Below, piece by piece: positions 1 through 8,695 of a stretch of 64,000 nucleotides of DNA. The stretch comes from a virus, in IMG/VR virus record IMGVR_UViG_3300010398_001198, positions 32,001-96,000 of that record, one strand, 5' to 3'. Under the pieces are notes generated by a model. It saw only the letters and a program-made list of their open reading frames with translations, had not been told where the DNA came from and did not search any database. The translations under genes were made by a program, and so were the position numbers. Position 1 is the first letter of the stretch. Each line of letters opens with the position of its first letter.

Positions 1-35
1 TCGGATATCGCTTATACCTCGAAGGACGGCCTCTG

Positions 36-2807
36 ATGCCTCTGCCAGCGAATCAAGTCCATCCATCCATGCAAACAGCGGCAGAGCCGTTCTTTCCAAA
101 CGGAACACTTCACGCTGGGGTGTACACATTGGTCTTCCGCGTGCGCCGCATCCGCGATGGACGCTTATTGCGCGAACACCGCCTCATCAACATGCCCGTC
201 CGGATCACCGTCTCCACCGAGGTGCGCACAGCGGTGTACTATACGAAACAAGGGCCAGTCGCGGATACGCCACTCGGTGGAGGCGTTGGCATGACGTATT
301 TTGCGATCACGGGCCATACCGGTATTGCGGGGGTACGGAACAATGGCCGTACCCTGGCGGCGACGGTCGGTCTAGAGTCGCCCGCGCTCCAGGGCCCACC
401 GCTGCCACCGGGGAGTAGTCTCATTGACGGCGCGGCGGCCATTAAAGACCTGCAGGACATGATCTTCAGTTACTTTTTTCCGCAGGGCTCCCCACCCCTG
501 CCGGGCGTCACGCATGCGCAGGACCTCCAGCTTGAATTTCTCAACCTGACCGCCCCGACCTCGGCCCAGGACCGCACCGGGCGTGTCGGCTGGATTATTC
601 ATCCGCACCGCAACCTCGTCGATATCCAGCAAGAGGCTCCCAAACCGTTTCTCTATACCTACACGCTGCAGTTTCCCGCCCTCGGCTCGACCAACAAGCA
701 GATCCCGGATCGCTTTGTACGCGAGTACACCGATCCGACGAGTGGGCTCGGGCCGGTGCAGCGCCACCTGGCCGATGCCCTCGCTCCCATTCCCGCCACC
801 GCTGCCCTGGGCGGCCTGCGTCTGCCCACAACCCCGGCTGCCCTGACGACCTTCCTGGCGCAGCCTACGGCGTTCTTGGTCGCGGCCACCGCCGAGGTGC
901 AACGGCTCAATACGATCCGGGCAACGGCCCTGAAGATGCTGGACGAGCAGACCGTCAAGGCGATGCGGCCCTTCCTGGCCGGCGTCCAGGGCCTGAGCAC
1001 GGCGGTGCATGACTTTGTAGGCGGGATTGCCGCGACGATCCGCTTTCCCCTCTACGCCAAGCAACAGGTCGGGGCGGCCTTTGGCACCGCCCTCGATCTG
1101 CCGAGTTACTCCGTCGCCACGCTGAAAAAGGCTGCCCAGGACCTCACGCATCTCTTCGATATCGCCTCGGAGGCGCGGGCGGTCAGTGGACTCAACGCGG
1201 GCGAGACGCTGAGCAGTGGTGTCAATGACCTGCTCACGCTACGCCTGAATGACGAGCCCCCGGTCACCCTGGCCCTCGGGACGCTGACGAGCGGCCCCGC
1301 CATCGCCGCCGCGATCCAGGACCAGATCCGTGCGCTGGCGCCGACCGTCCCAGGCAACGCCAGCGCCTACCGCGACTTCACCGCGACCTTTGCGGATGGC
1401 CAGTACCGGCTGGTGTCGGGGACCCAGCATAGTGATGCGGCCCACGTTGCCGTGGTGGTGAGTCCGGATCCCGACCTGACCCCCGGCGATGCCAGCGGAG
1501 TGCTCGGTCTGGGCCTCGCCCACGGCGGCCAGGAACAGGCCGGCAGTGCCGCCGCCAATGACGCGATCGCCCTATTGCGGGGGGTGGAAGACGCCTGTAC
1601 GCATCTGCTGGCGTTCCCGGACTATTTTGCCGACCAGTTGGACGCCCAGGATGCGCGCCTGGCGGCCCTGCTCCCCCCAGGCTCCAGTCGTCCGCAGATC
1701 AGCGGCGACCAGCACATGCAGGAGACCATCATTACGCCGGGCGACAGCCTGCAAGGCATCGCGGCCCGGGTGGGCGTCGACTGGCAGAGCCTGGCGCTGG
1801 TGAACCGCCTCACCTATCCCTATCTCCTCGAGGAGCCGACCACCCTCCTGCGCGGACGCGTCAGTAGCGCGACGCACTGGAGCCTCAGTGATACGAGCCA
1901 GACGTGGCCGGTGAATGCCTACGAGGGACAACGTGTCGATATTGTGGGGGGGATTGGGGCGGGCCAAAGTCGGCGCATTCTCCAGAACACGGCCACGGCG
2001 CTGGTGGTCGATCCGGCCTGGGAGGTGGTACCGGAAGATATCTCGCATTATGCCATTCGCAGTGCGGAGAATCCGGTGGTGCTGACCGGGACCGTGAGCA
2101 GCGCCACGGCCCGCACCGTGACCAATGGGGCGCTCGCCCTCGTGCCGGATAGTCAGCGCGGCCTGACGCTGGTCCTCACCAGTGGGGCGACCGCAGGGGA
2201 GCGGCGGCGCATTATGGCGCATGACCAGACGACCTACACACTGGACCACGACTGGGACGTGATCCCGCCCGGCGGCACGCTCTACCTGCTCTTGGGACCA
2301 GGCCAGGCCACCCGTCGCCAACTGGTCGTGGGTGACCGCCTGAAAGTGCCGCAGCCCAGCGCCCAGGCCGTGCTGCCCCTGCGCAGTCGTCTGGCCGATG
2401 TGAGCGCCATCACCGGACGCCAGGTCAGCCTCGAAGAGCAACTCTTTGGGCGGGATCTGCTCCTCCAGGACGGGGCGCTGGTCTATGATCCGGCACGGGG
2501 GGATGCGGTGAGCATCGCGGGGCTGGACAACTTACGCGCAGCGCTCATCCACTATGTGAACCTCCCCATCGGGGAACTGGAATACCAGCCCGGCATCGGC
2601 TCATACCTTCAGGAAGAGTTAGGCTTGGTCGCGACTCTGCCCTTGGAAATTCAGGTCCTGAGTTCGCTGGAACGGACGATCCGGCAAGATCCTCGGATCG
2701 CGGCGATGGCCGGCGCTCGCATGCACACGCAGGGTGGTGTCACGCAGATTGCCTTTGGGGCCACGGCGATTACGGGGGCTTCGATAGAACGCGTGGTGGT
2801 GCGCTAA
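36..2807 (+). CDS. Baseplate fusion protein: tail-tube-initiator-like N-domain + LysM + C-terminal gp25/gpW-like wedge domain
   Basis: 923-aa ORF. LysM-like TIITPGDSLQGIAARVGVDWQSLALVNRL...LVVGDRLKVP; C-terminal GRDLLL...GLDNLRAALIHYVNLPIGELEYQPGIGS...TIRQDPRI is typical of gp25/DUF2634. Stop overlaps the baseplate J start (TAATG). Confidence 0.75.
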   Translation: MPLPANQVHPSMQTAAEPFFPNGTLHAGVYTLVFRVRRIRDGRLLREHRLINMPVRITVSTEVRTAVYYTKQGPVADTPLGGGVGMTYFAITGHTGIAGVRNNGRTLAATVGLESPALQGPPLPPGSSLIDGAAAIKDLQDMIFSYFFPQGSPPLPGVTHAQDLQLEFLNLTAPTSAQDRTGRVGWIIHPHRNLVDIQQEAPKPFLYTYTLQFPALGSTNKQIPDRFVREYTDPTSGLGPVQRHLADALAPIPATAALGGLRLPTTPAALTTFLAQPTAFLVAATAEVQRLNTIRATALKMLDEQTVKAMRPFLAGVQGLSTAVHDFVGGIAATIRFPLYAKQQVGAAFGTALDLPSYSVATLKKAAQDLTHLFDIASEARAVSGLNAGETLSSGVNDLLTLRLNDEPPVTLALGTLTSGPAIAAAIQDQIRALAPTVPGNASAYRDFTATFADGQYRLVSGTQHSDAAHVAVVVSPDPDLTPGDASGVLGLGLAHGGQEQAGSAAANDAIALLRGVEDACTHLLAFPDYFADQLDAQDARLAALLPPGSSRPQISGDQHMQETIITPGDSLQGIAARVGVDWQSLALVNRLTYPYLLEEPTTLLRGRVSSATHWSLSDTSQTWPVNAYEGQRVDIVGGIGAGQSRRILQNTATALVVDPAWEVVPEDISHYAIRSAENPVVLTGTVSSATARTVTNGALALVPDSQRGLTLVLTSGATAGERRRIMAHDQTTYTLDHDWDVIPPGGTLYLLLGPGQATRRQLVVGDRLKVPQPSAQAVLPLRSRLADVSAITGRQVSLEEQLFGRDLLLQDGALVYDPARGDAVSIAGLDNLRAALIHYVNLPIGELEYQPGIGSYLQEELGLVATLPLEIQVLSSLERTIRQDPRIAAMAGARMHTQGGVTQIAFGATAITGASIERVVVR

Positions 2808-4315
2808 TGCCCTTAACTATCCTTCCGAAGGACCACATATTATCGAATGAAGTCAGCTATGTGCTCGCGGGCAATATCGTCAATGACATTAACAACATCT
2901 CCGTCTTGCGCCAGTTCCTGGAAGCGGATGCGGCGAGCCTGGCTGATCTCTACTACGCCCTTTATACGACGGTGCAAGGATGGTTCATCAATGCTGCTGA
3001 AGGGATTGATCTCGATATCCGCGGGCGGGATATGGGCCTGGCGCGGGATGTCGGTCAGGCCGCCTCGGACCTGGTGACCTATACGCCCCTTGCGACCTGG
3101 GTGGATGACATCCCATTGCCTGCCCCACTTGTGGTGCAGGCCACCCTCGCCGATGGCACCCAGGTCCTCTATCGCTCCCTGGGGGATCTCGTCCTCACGC
3201 CCTCGGGACGCAGCATCAGTGGCCAGGCCCCGGCCACCAGCCTGACCGGGGGGACCAATGACCATCTCACCCTCAACCTGGATAGTGATGGCGCGCAAAC
3301 CATCTTCCTGGGCACGCAGACCACCGCGACCGGCATTGCGGCCGCGATCCAGGCCGCCGTCCGCGCCTTGACGGCGGTGTATCCTAGCAACCAGCAGGCC
3401 TACACCGGCTTTCGCTGCGATTATGGCGTGACTACGGCGGGCGCCTACACCCTGAGGTCAGGCAGTGCGGGCTCATCGACAGCCGTCGTGGTCACGGTGG
3501 CGGCGAGTCTCGACGCCTCGCATGTCCTCAAACTCGGCCTTACCCAAGGGGGGATCGAGACAGTGGGGCAGGACGAGCTCGCCGTCCCTGTGGTCTGTGA
3601 TCAGATTGGGGTCATTGGCAATGTGGGCGCCGGCCAGATCAACACGCAGGTAAGTGCCGTTACGGGTATTGACCATATCGCCAATCCCCTCATGGTTGCG
3701 AATGGCCGCGAACCGGCGAGTGATGACGCCTACCGGCAGGATCTGCGCTCGTATCTCCTGGCGCTGGGCCGCGGGACCCAGGATAGTGTCGAGCGGGCCG
3801 TGGCGCATACCGTCAGCGCCGATGGGCAGATGCACGTCATGTCCAGCCAGGTGGTCTATGGCGCAGGGACGATCCAGGCCTATATCTGCGATGGCCGCAG
3901 TCTCACGGTGGGCGCGCAAACGGATGTGATTCAGGACGTGCAGGATGAGTTGGACGGACTCGGGCAGGAAGTCGGCGGCTGGGTGCCGAGCGGCAACGCG
4001 GCGGGCGTGGTTTCCGCCAATATTCTCACCGTCAACGTCAATGTGACCGTCACGGTCGGCCCTACGCCGGACCTGGTCAGAGCCCAAGCGGCCATCGCCA
4101 CCGTAATCTACCAGACGCTCTACCAGTGGGGTGTGGGCCAGAGTCTGTCCTATGCCCAACTGACTACCAGAATTGATGCGGCGGTGGCGGAAGTGTTTGA
4201 TGTGGTGTTTACGCTGCCCGTGGCATGGACGACCGCGCCGCCGCTCGCCATCGGCGGGGCCATCGGGCAAAAAGTGATGCCGGGGGCCATCGCCGTGCAG
4301 GTCGTGCGGGCGTAA
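2807..4315 (+). CDS. Baseplate J/gp6-like wedge protein with an inserted domain
   Basis: AEGIDLDIRGRDMGLAR...A; GNVGAGQIN...GIDHIANP...NGREPASDDAYRQ...RGTQDSVERAV motifs; position after the gp25-like domain. Confidence 0.9.
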   Translation: MPLTILPKDHILSNEVSYVLAGNIVNDINNISVLRQFLEADAASLADLYYALYTTVQGWFINAAEGIDLDIRGRDMGLARDVGQAASDLVTYTPLATWVDDIPLPAPLVVQATLADGTQVLYRSLGDLVLTPSGRSISGQAPATSLTGGTNDHLTLNLDSDGAQTIFLGTQTTATGIAAAIQAAVRALTAVYPSNQQAYTGFRCDYGVTTAGAYTLRSGSAGSSTAVVVTVAASLDASHVLKLGLTQGGIETVGQDELAVPVVCDQIGVIGNVGAGQINTQVSAVTGIDHIANPLMVANGREPASDDAYRQDLRSYLLALGRGTQDSVERAVAHTVSADGQMHVMSSQVVYGAGTIQAYICDGRSLTVGAQTDVIQDVQDELDGLGQEVGGWVPSGNAAGVVSANILTVNVNVTVTVGPTPDLVRAQAAIATVIYQTLYQWGVGQSLSYAQLTTRIDAAVAEVFDVVFTLPVAWTTAPPLAIGGAIGQKVMPGAIAVQVVRA

Positions 4316-4336
4316 CCGCCGGGGAAGGAAAGACCC

Positions 4337-4486
4337 ATGGGACTGATCCTTGCCGTTGTGCTCATCGTGTTGCTGTTCGGGGGGCTCCCAGCCTGGAACT
4401 ACCACTCATTTGGCTATTACCCCTCGGGCGTCATAGCGATTGTGCTGGTGATGCTGGTCCTGCTCATGCTCATGGGACGGCTCTAG
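4337..4486 (+). CDS. DUF3309-like small two-TM membrane protein (not in ORF track)
   Basis: MGLILAVVLIVLLFGGLPAWNYHSFGYYPSGVIAIVLVMLVLLMLMGRL (49 aa); RBS GAAGGA upstream; matches the DUF3309 pattern hydrophobic-LPxW..GY.PSG-hydrophobic-GRL. Confidence 0.75.
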   Translation: MGLILAVVLIVLLFGGLPAWNYHSFGYYPSGVIAIVLVMLVLLMLMGRL

Positions 4487-4487
4487 T

Positions 4488-6734
4488 ATGGCCGACACCC
4501 TTGCCATCTCGACCGGCGATATTCTCTCCCGGATGCTCAGGAGGCTTCCGCCGAGTCTCTGGGACACCGATCCGAGCGCCGACACGCTCCAGCGCGATCT
4601 CTTTGCCGCCATCGCGTCCCAAACTGCCGTGTGGTTGGAACAACGCGACATTGCCCGCACCATGACCTTGATGTTACAGGCCGAAGGCATTGATCTTGAC
4701 GTTTTACTTCAAGATTACGGCTTAAAAAGATATTTGCAGCTCCCGGACCCCTATGCCCGCCAGGTCGGGATGCACATCTTGTGGACCCCGCAGGGCACGG
4801 GGTATAGCGTCGCCCGGCTGGCCGATCTCCTCTTGTACAACCAGCCGCATGTCACCATGCGTACGGGCCGCAACGAGCAGCACGTCTTTGTGGCGTCGGC
4901 GCAGTCCGTCACGACTCCCTACGGCTACTGGGGCCTGGTGAGCGACGAGGGCCTGTGGTACGCCGTCACCGTGGACGGAGAAGTCCCGGTGTGCAGCCTG
5001 GCACCGCCCTGTGGGGTGGATCTCTCTCCAGGCCCGCACACGCTCAGGTGGTTCACGGTCCTCGACGAGAATGCGGCGCCCTGGTACGTCACCGTTGCCG
5101 CTGATACCCTCACCGTCTCCCAGACGCCGCCGCAGGGCTACGGCACGGCGGACCCCTTCTATGTGCTGGATGGTCACGGCAACCGCTGGGGGCTCAGTGT
5201 GGACAGCCGCAGTGAAGCCCTGGTGACGACCGTGTCTCCCGGCCTGACGACCTTTGGCTACTGGCGCGTGCGCGACCGGGCCGGCACCGTGTACGACCTG
5301 TGGATCGAGGGCGAAGTCCCCACCATCGCCACCGCACCACCCGGCGGGAGTACCGACCAGACACCGGGCGGCTCGCCCCTCGACTGGCTGAGTGTGGCCG
5401 ATGAGACCGGCACCTCGTGGTTTCTGACCCTCCAGGACGACACCCTCTTCCCACAGCGGACGTCCCCAGGCGGCACCGGCACGACCGCCGATCCCCAATT
5501 CCTTGATGCTGGCAGCCGCCTCTGGAGCCTCAGCGTGGACAGTCGCGCCGAAGCCGTGGTGAGTACGCTGCTGCGCGCGGTGACCTCGGATTACCTCGTG
5601 CTCGATCCTGGCCATGCGTATCAGGCCCTGCGGCTTGTGGACAGCAGCGGCGTGCCCTGGTGGCTCTCGATCAGTGGCGGGGCGCAGCGGCTCACCGCGA
5701 CGCAACCAGTGGGCGCCGCCGACGTGACACCGTCGGGTGGTCCCTATCGCTGGCTGCGCGTGTACGACCTGGCCGCGATGCTGTGGTACGCGTACCCGAA
5801 TACCAGTGGCACGCTCGTGGTTTCGACCACCAATCCTGGGGGTCTGGGGACGGCGCAACCGCAAACCCTAGGGGATAGCGCGGGTGTCCTCTGGCACTAC
5901 GGCGTGAGTGGCGGGGCGTTTGCCGTGAGCAGCACGCCCCCCGTCGATTATGGGGGCATGGCGACGGCGGTCTGTCTCAATGATCCGACGGGTGCCCGCT
6001 GGTTCTGGCGCGTGCACGAGGGCGCCTTGCAATGGTCAGCACAACTTTGGCCCGATACCATGGATCAAAGTCCGTGGGGCGAGCTCGGCTGGCTGCAACT
6101 CCTCAATGATGTCAGTGCGACGGTGTATGTCTCGCCTGGCGTGGCCGGCATGCCGCTGGTGACGCTCGCCCCGCCAGCCAACTCCCCCTGGGGCTGGAGT
6201 CAGCCCGTCACGCTGCGCGATGTGGAGGGGACCGCCTGGCACCTGACAGTCAGCACGCGCCCCCAGACCGTGGAGTACTGGCGGCTGCACGATGCCACCG
6301 GAACCGTGGTCTATCTCTCCATCGATGCGGAGGTACCGCTCCTGGCCGCGACGCCACCGGGCGGGGGCACGGACCAGACGCCGGGCGGGCAACCCCTCGA
6401 CTGGCTCACGATCTATGATGAAGGCGGTGGGGTCTGGTATAGCGCGGTGGAGGGGGATACGCTGACCATGACGCACACGCTGCCCCCAGGGACGGGGACG
6501 CAGGTGCCCGTGAGCCTCTGGGGCACAACAGGCATTTTCTGGCAGATCCAGGGTAGTAGCCTGACGGAGGCACTCGTCACCGTCGCCCTGCCCAGTCCCA
6601 ATGTGGTCGGCGTCGTCCAGGATGCCGCTCCAACACTGCCACTGCCGATACCGACGCTGCCACTGCGCGATGCCGTGGATGCGATTAGCCACATTCAAGC
6701 CGCTGGCTCGCTCGTGACGGTGCGGGTCAGTTAG
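4488..6734 (+). CDS. Baseplate wedge gpI/gp7-like protein with a large internal repeat region
   Basis: N-terminal AEGIDLDVLLQDYGLKR...DPYAR and C-terminal IQAAGSLVTV flank about five Trp/Gly/Pro-rich ~105-aa repeats; follows baseplate J. Confidence 0.7.
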   Translation: MADTLAISTGDILSRMLRRLPPSLWDTDPSADTLQRDLFAAIASQTAVWLEQRDIARTMTLMLQAEGIDLDVLLQDYGLKRYLQLPDPYARQVGMHILWTPQGTGYSVARLADLLLYNQPHVTMRTGRNEQHVFVASAQSVTTPYGYWGLVSDEGLWYAVTVDGEVPVCSLAPPCGVDLSPGPHTLRWFTVLDENAAPWYVTVAADTLTVSQTPPQGYGTADPFYVLDGHGNRWGLSVDSRSEALVTTVSPGLTTFGYWRVRDRAGTVYDLWIEGEVPTIATAPPGGSTDQTPGGSPLDWLSVADETGTSWFLTLQDDTLFPQRTSPGGTGTTADPQFLDAGSRLWSLSVDSRAEAVVSTLLRAVTSDYLVLDPGHAYQALRLVDSSGVPWWLSISGGAQRLTATQPVGAADVTPSGGPYRWLRVYDLAAMLWYAYPNTSGTLVVSTTNPGGLGTAQPQTLGDSAGVLWHYGVSGGAFAVSSTPPVDYGGMATAVCLNDPTGARWFWRVHEGALQWSAQLWPDTMDQSPWGELGWLQLLNDVSATVYVSPGVAGMPLVTLAPPANSPWGWSQPVTLRDVEGTAWHLTVSTRPQTVEYWRLHDATGTVVYLSIDAEVPLLAATPPGGGTDQTPGGQPLDWLTIYDEGGGVWYSAVEGDTLTMTHTLPPGTGTQVPVSLWGTTGIFWQIQGSSLTEALVTVALPSPNVVGVVQDAAPTLPLPIPTLPLRDAVDAISHIQAAGSLVTVRVS

Positions 6735-6743
6735 GAGGATAGA

Positions 6744-7796
6744 ATGCCGCACATGCTCGCGCAGCAACATCAGGGCATTTACGACTGTATCCGGGCCGGC
6801 ACGGCCCGGACACATACCACGATCAGTGCAGCGCTCACGGCGATTGGCAGTACCCCAACGATGCTGGTGCTGACCTTTGCCGGGGATGGTATCTGGAGTA
6901 TCGGCGCCAACCTGACGATTCCCACGACCATTACCCTGATGATCCCGCCGGGGGTGACGGTGAACGTGGCGGCGGGGATCACGCTGACCATCAATGGCGC
7001 GTTCCTGAGCTACAATACCGGCTGGAAAACCGGGACCGGCACCGTGGCCCAGACCCTGATTACCTCCCATCTCTCCAGCGGGGTGACGGCCAATACGTTT
7101 CTCGCCCAGCCGGGCGCCGCGACCGGGATAGGGGTGGTCGTGGAGAATGGTCCCGCCTCGACGGCGGCCCGCGTGCGCCTCTTCACCGATCAAGGCGGTG
7201 GACAGTCGGGCCTCCAGATCAGCACCAATGATGCGGCGGCCAATATCCAGGGCTGGCAGATCATCGTGGGGGGCGGCGGCTCGCTCGCCTTTGCCCGGCC
7301 AGGTGGGAATTCGATGATGCTCCTCAGCAATACCGGCTTAGGCATTGGCCTGGGGCAAGTCCCCGGCGGCTTGCTGCAACTGCTCAGCGATAGCGCCTAC
7401 AAGCCCGGGGCTGGGGGGCTCTGGAGTATTCCCTCCTCGCGGGCGCTCAAAGACATCACCGGGGACTATACGGAAGGTCTGGTCCTGCTGCGGCGCTTGC
7501 CCCAGGCGGTCCGCTTTCGCTATAACGGGAAGGGCGGCACCGAGGTGGATGGCCCTGCGGACGTGGGCTTTGTGGCGGAGGACCTCCAGGCCGTCGCGCC
7601 GCAACTGGTACGCGAGGTGGTCAATCCGCACGCCGAGGAGGAACCGGACCTGCCCACCATGCTGGCCACCAATCTGGGCGAGATCCTCTACGTGCTCATC
7701 AACGCCGTGCTCGAACTCGACCGCCGTGGGGGTGGGACTGCCGAAGAGGCCCAGGCTGCACCAGTGCCGCCGCAGCGGCGCCGGAGGACCGCCTGA
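6744..7796 (+). CDS. Tail fibre/spike with C-terminal intramolecular chaperone (peptidase S74)
   Basis: SSRALKDIT...VRFRYNG...GFVAEDLQAVAPQLV...LINAVLEL matches the S74 pattern; strong RBS AGGAGG. Confidence 0.8.
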   Translation: MPHMLAQQHQGIYDCIRAGTARTHTTISAALTAIGSTPTMLVLTFAGDGIWSIGANLTIPTTITLMIPPGVTVNVAAGITLTINGAFLSYNTGWKTGTGTVAQTLITSHLSSGVTANTFLAQPGAATGIGVVVENGPASTAARVRLFTDQGGGQSGLQISTNDAAANIQGWQIIVGGGGSLAFARPGGNSMMLLSNTGLGIGLGQVPGGLLQLLSDSAYKPGAGGLWSIPSSRALKDITGDYTEGLVLLRRLPQAVRFRYNGKGGTEVDGPADVGFVAEDLQAVAPQLVREVVNPHAEEEPDLPTMLATNLGEILYVLINAVLELDRRGGGTAEEAQAAPVPPQRRRRTA

Positions 7797-8053
7797 TGCC
7801 GCAGATCCTCTTGCCGCTGGAAATCAGCCTGCGCATGACCATCGCCATCCTGGAGCGCGACCTGGCGCAGACCCAGGCACGCTTGCTCCAGGTGACCGCC
7901 GAGCACCAGCATCAGGCCAATGTTGCGGCCCTGCTCGCCCAGGCCGGGGTGGCGCTGCCTGTGCCGCTGAGTGCCTGCACGTTTGATGCCGAGCAGGGCG
8001 TCCTGCGCTTTGAGGCAGAGGAGCCGGAGCTCCCGGCCCTCCCAGAGGCCTGA
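7796..8053 (+). CDS. Small coiled-coil protein, possible fibre assembly chaperone
   Basis: 85 aa, coupled to the fibre stop codon (TGATG). Confidence 0.55.
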   Translation: MPQILLPLEISLRMTIAILERDLAQTQARLLQVTAEHQHQANVAALLAQAGVALPVPLSACTFDAEQGVLRFEAEEPELPALPEA

Positions 8054-8075
8054 GGCATAAAACATCAGCAGCTTA

Positions 8076-8105
8076 TTGACACCCTCACAGTCTCTCCTAT
8101 ATCAT
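8076..8105 (+). promoter_or_regulatory. Sigma70-type promoter
   Basis: TTGACA (8076-8081), N18, TATCAT (8100-8105). Confidence 0.6.
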
Positions 8106-8112
8106 AGGAGAT

Positions 8113-8158
8113 GCGTGTGGAAGTCGGCCGTAAGGCTCGGCATCCACACGCTTTTTTT
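8113..8158 (+). terminator. Intrinsic terminator-like hairpin directly after the promoter (sRNA or attenuator)
   Basis: GCGTGTGGA...TCCACACGC 9-bp stem with inner GCC-GTAA-GGC, followed by T7. Confidence 0.7.
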
Positions 8159-8310
8159 CTGTGTGAGTCTTGCTCACCTGTCGGTCGACTTCTGGACGCA
8201 CGTTGCAATCAGCGCATGGTCCCATGACGGCCCGCGCTGGTTGACTTCCACGCGCCCCCCTTCCGGTTGCGTAGGCTGGAAGGGGGATATACCCGCCTGG
8301 AGGACAGCAC

Positions 8311-8685
8311 GTGCTGCGTTTCTTCCTCTCTGCACTCCTCCTTGGTCTGCTTCCCACGCTGGTGGATGCCCAGTGTCCGGACCTCACCACGCCGCAAAGC
8401 CCCTTTGCCAAAGAGCCGCTGCTGGTCTCCTCGACCCCGGTGGCCCTGACCGCCTCGATCTATAAGCCGGCGGGCATCATTCCCACCATGGCGGTGGTGA
8501 GTGTGGAGGGCGGCGCCATTCGCTATGAGGTCGTCGGAGCGCCGACGGCCACGACCGGTCACCCGATTGCTGGGACGCCCCCGCAAACCTTTCCCATCTG
8601 TGGCCTGGACTCGATTGCCGCCTTTCAAGCCGTGCGCCAGAGCCAGGACGCGCAACTCTTCATTACCTACTACCGTGCGAAATAG
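8311..8685 (+). CDS. Secreted hypothetical protein (signal peptide)
   Basis: GTG start after GGAGG; MLRFFLSALLLGLLPTLVDA|QC. Confidence 0.75.
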   Translation: MLRFFLSALLLGLLPTLVDAQCPDLTTPQSPFAKEPLLVSSTPVALTASIYKPAGIIPTMAVVSVEGGAIRYEVVGAPTATTGHPIAGTPPQTFPICGLDSIAAFQAVRQSQDAQLFITYYRAK

Positions 8686-8695
8686 GAGCCGTCGC

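Noticed and set aside
36-8053. Tail module as a stand-alone eCIS/tailocin
   Set aside because: Adjacent phage replication, immunity and nuclease genes favour a phage, and no eCIS AAA+ ATPase is seen. Cannot be excluded because head genes are outside the window.
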